Positions 52,079 through 62,129 of a stretch of DNA of 64,000 nt are shown here, piece by piece. Location: NCBI GenBank assembly GCA_965224025.1, contig OZ245033.1:4224001-4288000 (forward strand), written 5' to 3'. The DNA comes from Candidatus Multivorans sp. Lineage in GTDB: Bacteria; Acidobacteriota; Thermoanaerobaculia; Multivoradales; Multivoraceae. The translations under genes were made by a program, and so were the position numbers. The notes under the pieces are model-generated. The model did not search any database. It was not told the origin of the DNA and was given only the letters and a program-made list of their open reading frames with translations. The stretch's first letter is position 1; the number at the start of each line of letters is the position of its first letter.

Positions 52079-54561
52079 CCGCGGTTGCGCCCGGGCGTGA
52101 GGCAAGCGACTCCCCCTCCCAAGACCCTCCAACCCGACAACACCGCCTGCTCCCGGCAATCTCGTGGGCGGCCTTCGGCGTCTTCGGCGTCTGGTTTGCC
52201 GCCCGCCTGATCCCCAACCTCGTCCTGCGGTTGCGGTTCGAGGACCAGTTGATCGTCCTCCGCTACGCCCGCAACCTGACGGAGGGCAACGGTCTGGTCT
52301 ACAACGCCGGCGAGCGGGTCATGGGCTTCACGACGCCGCTGTTCACCGTGCTGAGCAGCGTGTTCGTGGTCCTCGGCGGAGATCAGGCGGCGGCATGGCA
52401 GAACGGGTTCGGCCTGCTCTGCATGCTCGGCACGGCTGCGTTGGCAGCCAAACTGCTGGTTCGCCTTGGGGCCGGGCCCGTCGCGCCCCTGGCGGTCGCC
52501 CTGGTCACCTTCAATCCCGCCATCGCCTACAACTATCTCTACGTGGGGATGGAGATTCACCTCTTCGCCCTGCTCTTCCTGGTGGCGCTCGACCTTCACC
52601 TGAGCGACCGCGCCACGGCAGCCGCGGTCGTGTCCGCGGCGCTGTTTCTGACCCGACCCGAGGGCGCCCTGCTCGCGGCCATGCTGATCGCTCACGGCTG
52701 GCTGCGTCGCCGGAAGGCGCCACTACATCAGGCGCTGGCGGCACTGGCCCTGGCGCTGCCGTGGCTCCTCTTCGCGTTCGCCTACTACGGCGACATCCTG
52801 CCGAAGACGCTGGGCGCCAAGCAGGGCGAGAGCATCGTCACGCCGTGGCGCTACCTGGATCTGGTACGAGAGGTCTACGCCGAGGCGGGCGCCAGTCTGC
52901 TGGCGGCGTACAGCCCCTCGCTGGTGCAATCGACCGCCGGCCCGCTGCTGCTTGTGGGGCTTCTGCTCGTTGGCGCCACCGCACTCCTGCGCCGGCGGGC
53001 CGCTCTCTGGCCATTGATCGCGTTCCCGCTCGGCGCGCTTCTCGGCTATGCCGCGATCGGGTCGCTGCCCGGCTACACGTGGCACTACTACACGCTGAAC
53101 ATCCTCGGCGCGTTCCTGCTCGCGCTGGGCGTCCACGCCAGCCTGGTTGCGGCGGGACGGCTCTGCCTGCAGGCGGCGGAACTCCTGCCTGCCATAGTCC
53201 GCACTGCCGCCCAACGCCCGCTCGCGGCTGTGCTGCTTACGGCAGTCCCGATCCTCGCGCTCACGCTGCCGGTGCTGCGCAACACATCCCAGCAGACCGC
53301 ATACCGCGTCGAAGCGACCGCCCGCCAGCAGCGGCTGGAGGACATGGGGCGATGGCTCGCCGAGCGCTACGAGCCGAGCACGTCCGTTCTCGTCCGCGAG
53401 ATCGGACACATCGGCTGGGTCAGCGGGTTGCGGATCGTCGATCGTGGCGGCCTGGTCACGCCCGGCCTGCGCTACGACGTCCCGCGCCGCGTTGCCGCCC
53501 TGAAGTTCCTGCCGGATCTGCTGCTTCTGCGAGCGGACAACTACGGCGTCCAGGACCCGCCCGAAGGGGCCGGGTTCCCGTCGAACCTCGGCTACGAACA
53601 GGTCGATGACTTCGACCACGGGCAGGAGTGGAGCCTCCACTCGCTGATCGAGCCCGGTCTTCCCACCGGGAGCGAGGGCCACCCCTACCGGTACGAGGTC
53701 GCCCGAAGCGCCGCCGGCGACCTCGAGGCCGTGCTCCGCCATGATGTCGAGGAAGGATTGAAGCCACCGAACCGCATTCCCATCGCCCGGCCTCCGAGCG
53801 GCTTCGACGGCGGGCTCGACGCGGTACTTCCGCGACCGGGAAGCGGGCCGACGGAGGGTACGGCCGAGTTCATGGTCAGCGGCTTCATCCGCGACGAGCC
53901 GCCGGACCCGCGTGGAGTCGAAGCGGTCGTCCTGTTCATCGGCGGGGAGATGAGCGTCCACCAACCCGGCTCTCACCGCCGGACCGATCTGGTCGCTCTC
54001 TACGGGCCGTCCTTCGAGAACAGCGGCTTCGCCTTCTGGACCTCGGCAGATCGCGGCCTCGTAGAGCGCGAAGGCGTCGTCGCCTACGCCGTGTCACGGC
54101 GCGGCGTGGCCAGCCGCCTCCGCTTTTCCTACCTGCCTCTCGAGCGAGACGCGGGCGGGATCGAGATCCTGCCGACGAGCGACGGCCGCCGGTTGGAAGT
54201 CCGACAGCCCGGCGACGGATTCGAAGGGGAGTTGGCGCTCGTTGTTTCTCCGAACCGGGTCGAGATCGAAGGCTGGGCCGTGGACGCGAAGCGAGGTGAA
54301 CGGTCACGCCAGATCGTCCTCTACCGCGACGGCCACTTCCTGACCAACATGGGGTTCAACCAGGAACGGCCCGACGTCGCCGAGCGCCTGGAGAATCCGA
54401 GTCTCTTGCGGGCCGGCTTCCGCGGAACGGTCCCCGGCGAGACCGACGCCGCTGCCTTCGACGGGCGCTACCGCGTGTTCGCCGTCATGCTACGCGGCGC
54501 CGCCGTGGAACTGGTCCGGCCACTCTCGCCGCAAGCGTCCGAGACCCCGACCGACCGATGA
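52075..54561 (+). CDS. Second GT-C fold glycosyltransferase (AftB-like), paralog of 49191
   Basis: Same EDQLIVLRYARNL..GNGLVYN.GERV, GME and TRPEG motifs and the shared C-terminal module. Confidence 0.8.
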   Translation: MTAVAPGREASDSPSQDPPTRQHRLLPAISWAAFGVFGVWFAARLIPNLVLRLRFEDQLIVLRYARNLTEGNGLVYNAGERVMGFTTPLFTVLSSVFVVLGGDQAAAWQNGFGLLCMLGTAALAAKLLVRLGAGPVAPLAVALVTFNPAIAYNYLYVGMEIHLFALLFLVALDLHLSDRATAAAVVSAALFLTRPEGALLAAMLIAHGWLRRRKAPLHQALAALALALPWLLFAFAYYGDILPKTLGAKQGESIVTPWRYLDLVREVYAEAGASLLAAYSPSLVQSTAGPLLLVGLLLVGATALLRRRAALWPLIAFPLGALLGYAAIGSLPGYTWHYYTLNILGAFLLALGVHASLVAAGRLCLQAAELLPAIVRTAAQRPLAAVLLTAVPILALTLPVLRNTSQQTAYRVEATARQQRLEDMGRWLAERYEPSTSVLVREIGHIGWVSGLRIVDRGGLVTPGLRYDVPRRVAALKFLPDLLLLRADNYGVQDPPEGAGFPSNLGYEQVDDFDHGQEWSLHSLIEPGLPTGSEGHPYRYEVARSAAGDLEAVLRHDVEEGLKPPNRIPIARPPSGFDGGLDAVLPRPGSGPTEGTAEFMVSGFIRDEPPDPRGVEAVVLFIGGEMSVHQPGSHRRTDLVALYGPSFENSGFAFWTSADRGLVEREGVVAYAVSRRGVASRLRFSYLPLERDAGGIEILPTSDGRRLEVRQPGDGFEGELALVVSPNRVEIEGWAVDAKRGERSRQIVLYRDGHFLTNMGFNQERPDVAERLENPSLLRAGFRGTVPGETDAAAFDGRYRVFAVMLRGAAVELVRPLSPQASETPTDR

Positions 54562-54576
54562 CTTCGGGCGGCCGGC

Positions 54577-56025
54577 TCACCCCGCCCCGGCCAACGCCTT
54601 GACCAACCGGTACAGGAACTCCTGCCCTTCGTGGAAGTGGTCGATCCGGATCCGTTCGTCCTGGCCGTGGGCGCGGACGTCGTCCATGTCTCCGAAGATG
54701 CCGCTCACGCCGTAGACCGGGATGCCGGCGTTGCGCATGTAGAGACCGTCGGTCGCGCCGGTCGACATGGTCGGCAGAACGGGGACGCCCGGCCACATCT
54801 CCTCCGTGATCCGGGTGCTCGCGCCCAGCACCTCGTCGGTCAGGGGCGACGGGGGACTGGGCGTCGCCTCGGCCTTGGGCGCCACCGTGACCCCGAACGG
54901 GTCGACGAGGTCCTGCAGCGTCTTCGCTACATCGGCCGGGTCATGGTCGGGGAGAAGGCGGCAGTTGACGTTCGCCCGCGCCAACTGCGGCAACGCGTTC
55001 TCGGCATGACCGCCCTCGATCTGCGTCGCCACGCAGGTCGTCCGCAGGCGCGCGTTGTAAGCAGGCTGCCGCGACAGAACCGCCAGCGCGCCGGCGTCGT
55101 CCGGGTCGGCGGCAACGCGGCGCATCGCCTCACCGGTCTCACCGCCGATCAGCTCGGCCGCGCGATCGAAGAACTCTTCGGTCACTTCGTTCAACATGAC
55201 CGGGAACTCGTATTCCTGGACCGCAAGCAGCGCCTGAGACAGGTCGTAGATCGCGTTCTTCTTCACCGGCAGCGACGAGTGGCCGCCGGGATTCCTGGCC
55301 GCAAAGTCGAAGGACTGGTACACCTTCTCGGCGCCCTGCACGTTGTTCGAGACCTTGCGGCCCTCCCGCTCCATGCCGCCGCCGCCCTCGTTCAGAGCGA
55401 AGGCGGCGTCGATCAACCCCCGGTGCTCCTCAAGCAGGAACTGGACGCCGTTCCGCGTTCCGCCCTCTTCGTCGGCAGTCAGGGCAATCACGATGTCCCG
55501 GTCGGGAACGAACCCCTCCCGGTGCAGGCGGATCAGGTTCGCTGTGTGGATGGCGCATTCATCCTTGTCGTCCGACGTGCCGCGGCCGTAGAAGTAGCCG
55601 CCGCGCTCCATGAACTCGAACGGGTGGATATCCGGACTCCAGTCCTCGGGCAACGCTTCGACGACGTCGATGTGCGCGAGCAGCAGGATCGGGGCGGCAT
55701 TCGGGTTGCTGCCCCGGAGCCGCGCCACCAGGTTGCCCTTGGTGGGAAAGCCGTCGGGGACCAGGACCCGCACGTCTTCCGCCGGCAGACCGGCGTCGAG
55801 CAGGGCATCGGCCATGGCCTGCACCGCGCGGGTGTTGTCGCCACGTTCCGTGTCCGTGGTGTCGATCTCGATGAGTTGCTCGAGCAGCGCGCGGGCCAGT
55901 TCCATGTCCTGCGCAGGCGGCTGGTTGCCAGCGCCCTCTGCTTGCCCGGCCACGGGCGAGCCGACCGCAAACACAGGCAGCACCACGGTTGCGAGGATCA
56001 ACGGCCCGAGTCTCTTCATCGACAT
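54577..56025 (-). CDS. Secreted M20/M25/M40 family metallo-hydrolase
   Basis: Signal peptide; AHIDVV, GRGTSDDK, ADEEGG, NEGG, GGHSS, HGQDER. Confidence 0.92.
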   Translation of the reverse strand: MSMKRLGPLILATVVLPVFAVGSPVAGQAEGAGNQPPAQDMELARALLEQLIEIDTTDTERGDNTRAVQAMADALLDAGLPAEDVRVLVPDGFPTKGNLVARLRGSNPNAAPILLLAHIDVVEALPEDWSPDIHPFEFMERGGYFYGRGTSDDKDECAIHTANLIRLHREGFVPDRDIVIALTADEEGGTRNGVQFLLEEHRGLIDAAFALNEGGGGMEREGRKVSNNVQGAEKVYQSFDFAARNPGGHSSLPVKKNAIYDLSQALLAVQEYEFPVMLNEVTEEFFDRAAELIGGETGEAMRRVAADPDDAGALAVLSRQPAYNARLRTTCVATQIEGGHAENALPQLARANVNCRLLPDHDPADVAKTLQDLVDPFGVTVAPKAEATPSPPSPLTDEVLGASTRITEEMWPGVPVLPTMSTGATDGLYMRNAGIPVYGVSGIFGDMDDVRAHGQDERIRIDHFHEGQEFLYRLVKALAGAG

Positions 56026-56062
56026 CGGCGGAATCTACTCGCAGTCGCCGCTGGACGGACCC

Positions 56063-57295
56063 TTACGCGGCCGCCGGCCTGACGCCGCCGACCAGCAGCT
56101 CGGCGAGCTGGCGACGCCCCATCCAGTAGCTCAGGTCCCTCGGATGCGCGATGTCCCAGATCGCGATGTCGGCCCGCTTGCCCACCGCGAGCGTGCCTCG
56201 ATCTTCCTGTAAACCCAGCGCCTGAGCCGCATTCCGGGTCACCGCCGCCAGGCACTCCTCCGGAGTCAGGCGGAAGAGGCGGCTGGCCAGCGCCATCGCC
56301 TCCCGCAGCGAGCACAGGGACGAAGTGCCGGGGTTGCAGTCCGTCCCGATCGCGATCGACACTCCGCGCCGGCGCAACTCACCAATCGGCGGCCGCCGGG
56401 TCTCGTCGAGGGTCAGGCAGGCGCCGGGCAACAGCACCGCCACCGTCCCCGCGTCGGCCAGCGCCCGCACTCCCGAAGCGGACACGTACTCCAGGTGATC
56501 GGCCGAGAGCGCGCCGAAACGGGCGGCGAGCGCGGCGCCGCCGCCATCGCTTAGCTGGTCCGCGTGCAGCTTGACCGGAAGGCCGAGTTCCACGGCCCCT
56601 TCGAAGACCCTGGCAACCTCCCCGGTGTCGAACGCAATCCCTTCGCAGAAGGCGTCCACCGCGTCGGCGACGTTCCGTTCGACGGCCGCCGGCAACACCT
56701 CGTCGACAACGAACTTGATGTAGTCGTCCCGCCGCCCCTGAAACTCCGAGGGCACCGCGTGTGCGGCGAGGAGCGTCGTTGGAACAGTCAGCCCCGATGT
56801 CCGACCGAGACGCCGAGCCACTTCGAGCATTCGGAGTTCGGTGTCCAGGTCAAGTCCGTAGCCCGACTTGATCTCGACCGTCGCCGCACCGTCGGCCGCC
56901 AAGGCTTCCAGCCGCTCCAGTGCACCGCTGTAGAGCTCGTCTTCGGTCGCCGACCGAGTCGCGCGAACCGTCGACATGATGCCGCCGCCGGCGTCCGCGA
57001 TCGACTCGTAGCTCGTGCCCTGGAGCCGGGCCTCGAACTCCGCCCCCCGGTCGCCGCCGAACACCAGGTGGGTATGGCAGTCGATGAGCGCCGGAGTGGC
57101 CCAGCGGCCCTGAAGCGACCGGGTCTCGCGAGCCTCGCCCCGCGGCAACGCGGAAGCGGGTCCGATCCAGTCGATCAGACCGCCGCCGATCGCCAGGGCG
57201 CCGTCCTCGATCGCCCCGTAGGGGGCGGCGCCGCGGCGCATCGTCGCGATACGCGCGTCTGTCAGCAGCAGATCCCAGCGCTCGGCACTTCCCAT
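56063..57295 (-). CDS. hutI: Imidazolonepropionase
   Basis: PALIDCHTHLVFGG.R..EF, EIKSGYGL, DAFCEGIAF, KLHADQL, SADHLE, TDCNPG. Confidence 0.96.
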   Translation of the reverse strand: MGSAERWDLLLTDARIATMRRGAAPYGAIEDGALAIGGGLIDWIGPASALPRGEARETRSLQGRWATPALIDCHTHLVFGGDRGAEFEARLQGTSYESIADAGGGIMSTVRATRSATEDELYSGALERLEALAADGAATVEIKSGYGLDLDTELRMLEVARRLGRTSGLTVPTTLLAAHAVPSEFQGRRDDYIKFVVDEVLPAAVERNVADAVDAFCEGIAFDTGEVARVFEGAVELGLPVKLHADQLSDGGGAALAARFGALSADHLEYVSASGVRALADAGTVAVLLPGACLTLDETRRPPIGELRRRGVSIAIGTDCNPGTSSLCSLREAMALASRLFRLTPEECLAAVTRNAAQALGLQEDRGTLAVGKRADIAIWDIAHPRDLSYWMGRRQLAELLVGGVRPAAA

Positions 57296-57333
57296 GCACT
57301 CGATCCTGCCCTGTTGTGTTCGGGATTGCCAGA

Positions 57334-57382
57334 CCGGCCGGTGCTTCGGACCGGATGCGGGCGAGACGCCCGCGTTTCCAGG
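57334..57382. repeat. REP-like palindrome type A
   Basis: CCGGATGCGGGCGAGACGCCCGCGTTTCCAGG plus flanking hairpin, between the divergent hutI and hutF. Confidence 0.85.
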
Positions 57383-57413
57383 CGGCGCACCCGGTGGAGT
57401 ACCGTCGAGGGAG

Positions 57414-58769
57414 GTGACCGGTTCCACTATTCGCGCGCGCCTCGCGCTGTTGCCCCCGGGATGGGCGGAAGACGCCCTGCTGGTCGTCGAGGACGGGAGG
57501 ATCGTCGAGGTTTCGACTGAGAACACCGCTTCTTCGCCAGTCGACCACGACGCCGGGATCGTCATCCCGGGTTTGACCAACGCGCACAGCCACGCCTTTC
57601 AGCGCGCGCTGGCCGGCAGGACGGAACACCGCTCCGGCGCAGGCAAGGACAGCTTCTGGACCTGGCGCCGGCAGATGTACGAGCTCGTCGGGCGCCTCGA
57701 CGCCGGCCGGTTCGCGGCGATCGCCCGGCAGGCGTACGTGGAGATGCTCGAAAGCGGCTACACCTCGGTCGTTGAGTTCCACTACCTGCACCGGGAACCC
57801 GCTGGTTCCGGCACCGCGGACACCATGTTCGAGGCCGTTCGCCGCGCCGCCTCGGCCTGCGGCATCCGGCTGACCTATGCGCCGGTGCTCTACGAGCGAG
57901 CCGGTTTCGACCGGGACGATCCCACGCCCGGCCAGCGGCACTTCACGATGGATCCCACGGCGTTCCTTGCCCACCAGGAACGCGCGGGCGAGCGGGCGTC
58001 CGGACGCGTCCGGGTCGCGGTCGGCGCCCACGGCCTGCGCGCGGTCAGCGAACCGTCGCTACGGCAGGTCGCGGCGCGAGCCACGGAAACCGGCGCGCCG
58101 ATGCACCTTCACATCGCCGAGCAGCAGCGGGAGGTCGACGAGTGTCTGGCCACCCACGGTCAGCGTCCGGTCCGTTGGCTGCTGGACCGCTTCGACGTCG
58201 ATCGGAACTGGTGCCTCGTGCATGCAACCCACATGGACGACGACGAATGCCGGGACCTGGCCGTCTCCGGGGCCACCGTCTGCCTGTGCCCGACGACCGA
58301 GGCGAACCTGGGCGACGGGCTGTTTCCCCTGGCGAACTTTCTCCAGGCCGGCGGAGAGATCGCGATCGGTTCCGACAGTCACGTCTCGATCAACCCCTTC
58401 GAGGAGTTGCGCTGGCTCGAGTACGGGCAGCGCCTCCGCTCGCGGTCGCGCAACGTGGCGACCCTGCGCCACCCTCACGTGGGCCAGGAGCTGTTCCTGC
58501 GCGCCCTCGCCGGCGGCGCCCGGGCGTCAGGCCGAGGCAAGCCGGGTCTCGAAGAGGGAGCGCCGGCCGACCTGGTCGTCTTCGACGACGGCGACCCGAT
58601 GCTCGCCGGACACGGCGCCGCCACCGTGCTCGACGCACTGGTATTCTCCGGTTACCGCCTTCCCATCCAACGGGTCATGGTCGAAGGCGAGTGGCAGGTG
58701 ATCGACGGCGAACACGTCGACCGCGCCCAGGCGGCCAGAGGATTCGCCAGAGCACTGGCGAGCATGTGA
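57414..58769 (+). CDS. hutF: Formimidoylglutamate deiminase
   Basis: [49 protein letters not shown]. Confidence 0.95.
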   Translation: MTGSTIRARLALLPPGWAEDALLVVEDGRIVEVSTENTASSPVDHDAGIVIPGLTNAHSHAFQRALAGRTEHRSGAGKDSFWTWRRQMYELVGRLDAGRFAAIARQAYVEMLESGYTSVVEFHYLHREPAGSGTADTMFEAVRRAASACGIRLTYAPVLYERAGFDRDDPTPGQRHFTMDPTAFLAHQERAGERASGRVRVAVGAHGLRAVSEPSLRQVAARATETGAPMHLHIAEQQREVDECLATHGQRPVRWLLDRFDVDRNWCLVHATHMDDDECRDLAVSGATVCLCPTTEANLGDGLFPLANFLQAGGEIAIGSDSHVSINPFEELRWLEYGQRLRSRSRNVATLRHPHVGQELFLRALAGGARASGRGKPGLEEGAPADLVVFDDGDPMLAGHGAATVLDALVFSGYRLPIQRVMVEGEWQVIDGEHVDRAQAARGFARALASM

Positions 58770-58794
58770 GCGGCCCCGAATCTTGGAGGCAGGA

Positions 58795-60471
58795 ATGAAG
58801 AGCAGCCTCACCGCGACGATCAAGGCGCCCACCGGCAACCGGCTGTCAGCGAAGAGCTGGCTCACCGAGGCGCCGCTCCGCATGCTGATGAACAACCTCG
58901 ATCCCGAGGTCGCCGAGCGGCCCGAGGATCTCGTCGTCTACGGAGGGATCGGCAAGGCGGCGCGCAACTGGGAGGCCTACGAAGCCATCGTCGACACGTT
59001 GCGGAAGCTGGAAGCCGACGAAACGCTCGTCGTCCAGTCCGGCAAGCCGGTCGGGGTGTTTCGCACCCACCCCGACGCCCCGCGGGTGCTGATCGCCAAT
59101 TCGAACCTCGTCCCCGCCTGGGCGACCTGGGAACACTTCCGGGAACTCGACCAGTTGGGGCTGATGATGTTTGGGCAGATGACCGCCGGATCGTGGATCT
59201 ACATCGGCTCCCAGGGAATCGTCCAGGGCACCTACGAGACGTTCGTCGAGATGGGCCGCCAGCACTACGGCGGAGACCTCGCGGGACGGTGGATCCTCAC
59301 CGCCGGACTCGGCGGCATGGGTGGAGCGCAGCCGCTGGCGGCCAAGATGGCCGGGGCGTCGCTGCTCGCGATCGAGTGTCAGGCGGACCGGATCGAGAAG
59401 CGGCTCCAGACCGGGTACCTCGACACGCGCGCCGAGTCGGTCGACGAGGCGCTGGCCGTGATCCAGGCCTCGGTCGAATCGCGATCACCGCTCTCCGTCG
59501 GCCTGCTCGGCAACGCCGCGGAGGTGCTGCCCGAACTGCTGGAGCGCGGCGTCCGGCCCTACGCGCTGACCGACCAGACATCGGCGCACGACCCGGCGAA
59601 CGGCTATCTGCCAATCGGCTGGAGCGTCGAAGAGTGGCAGCGCCGCCGGGACAACGAGCCCGACGCGGTCGCGGCGGCGGCTCGCGAGTCGATCGCGGTC
59701 CACGTCCGCGCCATGCTCGGCTTTCACGAAGCCGGAGTGCCCACGTTCGACTACGGCAACAACATCCGCCAGGAGGCGCTCGGGGCCGGGGTTGAGAACG
59801 CGTTCGACTTCCCCGGTTTCGTACCGGCCTACGTCCGCCCCCTGTTCTGCCGCGGCATCGGCCCCTTCAGGTGGGCGGCCCTGTCCGGCGACCCCGAAGA
59901 CATCTACCGCACCGACGCCAAGGTCAAGGAACTGATCCCGGACGACCCGCACCTGCACCACTGGCTCGACGCGGCGCGCGAGCAGATTCACTTCCAGGGG
60001 CTGCCGGCGCGCATCTGCTGGGTGGGCCTGGGCCAGCGCCACCGGATCGGCCTCGCCTTCAACGAGATGGTCCGCGGCGGCGAGTTGCGGGCGCCCGTCG
60101 TCATCGGCCGCGATCACCTGGACAGCGGCTCGGTCGCGAGCCCGAACCGCGAAACCGAAGCGATGCGCGACGGTTCCGACGCGGTCTCGGACTGGGCCTT
60201 CCTCAACGCGATGCTGAACACGGCGAGCGGCGCCACCTGGGTGTCCGTGCACCACGGCGGCGGCGTCGGCATGGGATACGCCCAGCACGCCGGGTTCGTC
60301 ATCGTCTGCGACGGCACCGAAGCCGCCGACCGGCGTATCGAGCGGGTGCTCTGGAACGACCCGGCGACCGGGGTCATGCGGCACGCCGACGCCGGCTACG
60401 AGGAGGCCATCGCCTGTGCGCGCGAGCAAGGTCTCAACCTGCCCATGGTCCCGGGCGACAATCCTCGATGA
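58795..60471 (+). CDS. hutU: Urocanate hydratase
   Basis: [47 protein letters not shown]. Confidence 0.98.
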   Translation: MKSSLTATIKAPTGNRLSAKSWLTEAPLRMLMNNLDPEVAERPEDLVVYGGIGKAARNWEAYEAIVDTLRKLEADETLVVQSGKPVGVFRTHPDAPRVLIANSNLVPAWATWEHFRELDQLGLMMFGQMTAGSWIYIGSQGIVQGTYETFVEMGRQHYGGDLAGRWILTAGLGGMGGAQPLAAKMAGASLLAIECQADRIEKRLQTGYLDTRAESVDEALAVIQASVESRSPLSVGLLGNAAEVLPELLERGVRPYALTDQTSAHDPANGYLPIGWSVEEWQRRRDNEPDAVAAAARESIAVHVRAMLGFHEAGVPTFDYGNNIRQEALGAGVENAFDFPGFVPAYVRPLFCRGIGPFRWAALSGDPEDIYRTDAKVKELIPDDPHLHHWLDAAREQIHFQGLPARICWVGLGQRHRIGLAFNEMVRGGELRAPVVIGRDHLDSGSVASPNRETEAMRDGSDAVSDWAFLNAMLNTASGATWVSVHHGGGVGMGYAQHAGFVIVCDGTEAADRRIERVLWNDPATGVMRHADAGYEEAIACAREQGLNLPMVPGDNPR

Positions 60472-61991
60472 GATTGAGGCTCGACGGCTCGCCGTTGTCA
60501 CTCGCTCAACTGCGCGAGGCCTGGCGCACTCCGCTCAGCGTCGAACTGAGCGAAAGCGCCCGACTCAGGATCGACGAATCCGCCGCCGCGGTCCGCGGGG
60601 TGATCGCCGAGGGCAAGGCGGTCTACGGAGTCAACACGGGTTTCGGGCAGCTCGCCCAGGTGCGGATCGAGGAGGACGAACTCGCCCACCTACAGGAGAA
60701 CCTCGTGCGCTCTCACGCCGCCGGCGTGGGCAAGGATCTGGGCGACGAGGTCGTGCGCCTGGTGATCCTGCTCAAGGTCATGGGGCTCGCCCGCGGTCAT
60801 TCCGGCGTCCGGATGGAACTCGTCGACGCGCTGAGTGCGCTGCTTGAACACGAGATCTACCCGTGCATCCCGTCGCAGGGCTCGGTCGGCGCCTCGGGCG
60901 ACCTGGCCCCTCTCGCCCATCTCTCGCGGGTGCTGCTCGGCGAAGGCGGGGCCCACCTCCGAGGCAGGCTGATACCAGCGGCCGAGGCGCTGGCCGAAGC
61001 CGGTATCGAACCGATCCGGCTGGCGCCGAAGGAGGGTCTGGCGCTGCTCAACGGAACCCAGGTCTCCACGGCGCTGGCGCTGGCCGCGGCCTTCCGCACC
61101 GAGAACGCCCTGGCGGCTGCCCTTGTGGCTGGCGCCATGTCCACGGACGCGATCAAGGGCAGCGACGGTCCGTTCGATGAACGCGTTCAGGAGGTCCGCG
61201 GGCACTCCGGCCAGGCCGATGTCGCCGCCGCGCTGCGCGAACTGATGCGGGACAGCGAGATCCGCGCCTCCCACCTCCGTTGCAAGCGGGTGCAGGACCC
61301 GTACTCGATCCGTTGCCAGCCGCCGGTCATGGGCGCCTGCCTCGACGCGCTCCGCCACGTCTCGGCCGTTCTCGAGACCGAGGCGAACGCCGTCACCGAC
61401 AACCCCCTGGTCTTTGCGGGCACCAAGGAAATCCTCTCCGGCGGCAATTTCCACGCGGAACCGGTCGCCCTGGCCGCCGACTATCTGGCGCTGGCGGTCG
61501 CCGAGATCGGCTCGCTGTCCGAACGCCGAACCGCACTTCTCATCGACGCCAATCTCAGCGGGCTGCCGGCGTTCCTGGTCCGGAACAGCGGCCTGAACAG
61601 CGGTTTCATGATGGCTGGAACCACCGCCGCGGCCCTGGTTTCCGAGAACAAGTGCCTCGCCCATCCCGCCAGCGTGGACACCATCCCGACCTCCGCCAAC
61701 CAGGAGGACCACGTCAGCATGGCGACCCACGGGGCGCGGCGGCTCCACGACATGTTGGACAACGTGCAGCACATCGTCGCGATCGAACTTCTGGCGGCGG
61801 CACAGGGGATCGAGTTCCGCCGTCCCGCCCGGAGTTCCGCGGCCATCGAAGAAGCGATGGAAGCAGTGCGCGCGGTCTCGCCGCCGTACTCGGAGGACCG
61901 GCCGCTCGCCGGCGACATCGCCGGCGTGGCCGCACTCATCGGACGGGGCGCCTTTCGCGGGTACGCGGCGCCGGCGCTCGGCAAGCGCTAG
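60468..61991 (+). CDS. hutH: Histidine ammonia-lyase
   Basis: [20 protein letters not shown] (ASG/MIO), [31 protein letters not shown]; ATGA overlap with hutU. Confidence 0.96.
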   Translation: MRLRLDGSPLSLAQLREAWRTPLSVELSESARLRIDESAAAVRGVIAEGKAVYGVNTGFGQLAQVRIEEDELAHLQENLVRSHAAGVGKDLGDEVVRLVILLKVMGLARGHSGVRMELVDALSALLEHEIYPCIPSQGSVGASGDLAPLAHLSRVLLGEGGAHLRGRLIPAAEALAEAGIEPIRLAPKEGLALLNGTQVSTALALAAAFRTENALAAALVAGAMSTDAIKGSDGPFDERVQEVRGHSGQADVAAALRELMRDSEIRASHLRCKRVQDPYSIRCQPPVMGACLDALRHVSAVLETEANAVTDNPLVFAGTKEILSGGNFHAEPVALAADYLALAVAEIGSLSERRTALLIDANLSGLPAFLVRNSGLNSGFMMAGTTAAALVSENKCLAHPASVDTIPTSANQEDHVSMATHGARRLHDMLDNVQHIVAIELLAAAQGIEFRRPARSSAAIEEAMEAVRAVSPPYSEDRPLAGDIAGVAALIGRGAFRGYAAPALGKR

Positions 61992-62009
61992 CGCGGCAGA
62001 ACGATCTGG

Positions 62010-62057
62010 CCTGGGAACGCGGGCATCTTGCCCGCATCCGGCGCGAAGCGCCGGCCT
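62010..62057. repeat. REP-like palindrome type A with a compensatory base-pair change
   Basis: GCGGGCA-TCT-TGCCCGC versus GCGGGCG-TCT-CGCCCGC in the other copies. Confidence 0.85.
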
Positions 62058-62129
62058 CCGGTAGTTCTGCCGCGCTAGCGTGGGCCACTTCGCGCTAACC
62101 TACGCGCAATCCCTACCAAGGAGATCGTC

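Noticed and set aside
57294-57580. N-terminal extensions of hutI and hutF that include the REP peptide
   Set aside because: Family similarity starts at ATG 57295 (hutI) and GTG 57414 (hutF), which leaves the repeat intergenic.
61296-61630. Deviations in HutH (CQPPV, FMMAGTT) as a sign of altered substrate specificity
   Set aside because: The MIO motif and the SH specificity residues (LVRSHAAG) are intact and the gene is coupled to hutU; not enough evidence for a new activity.
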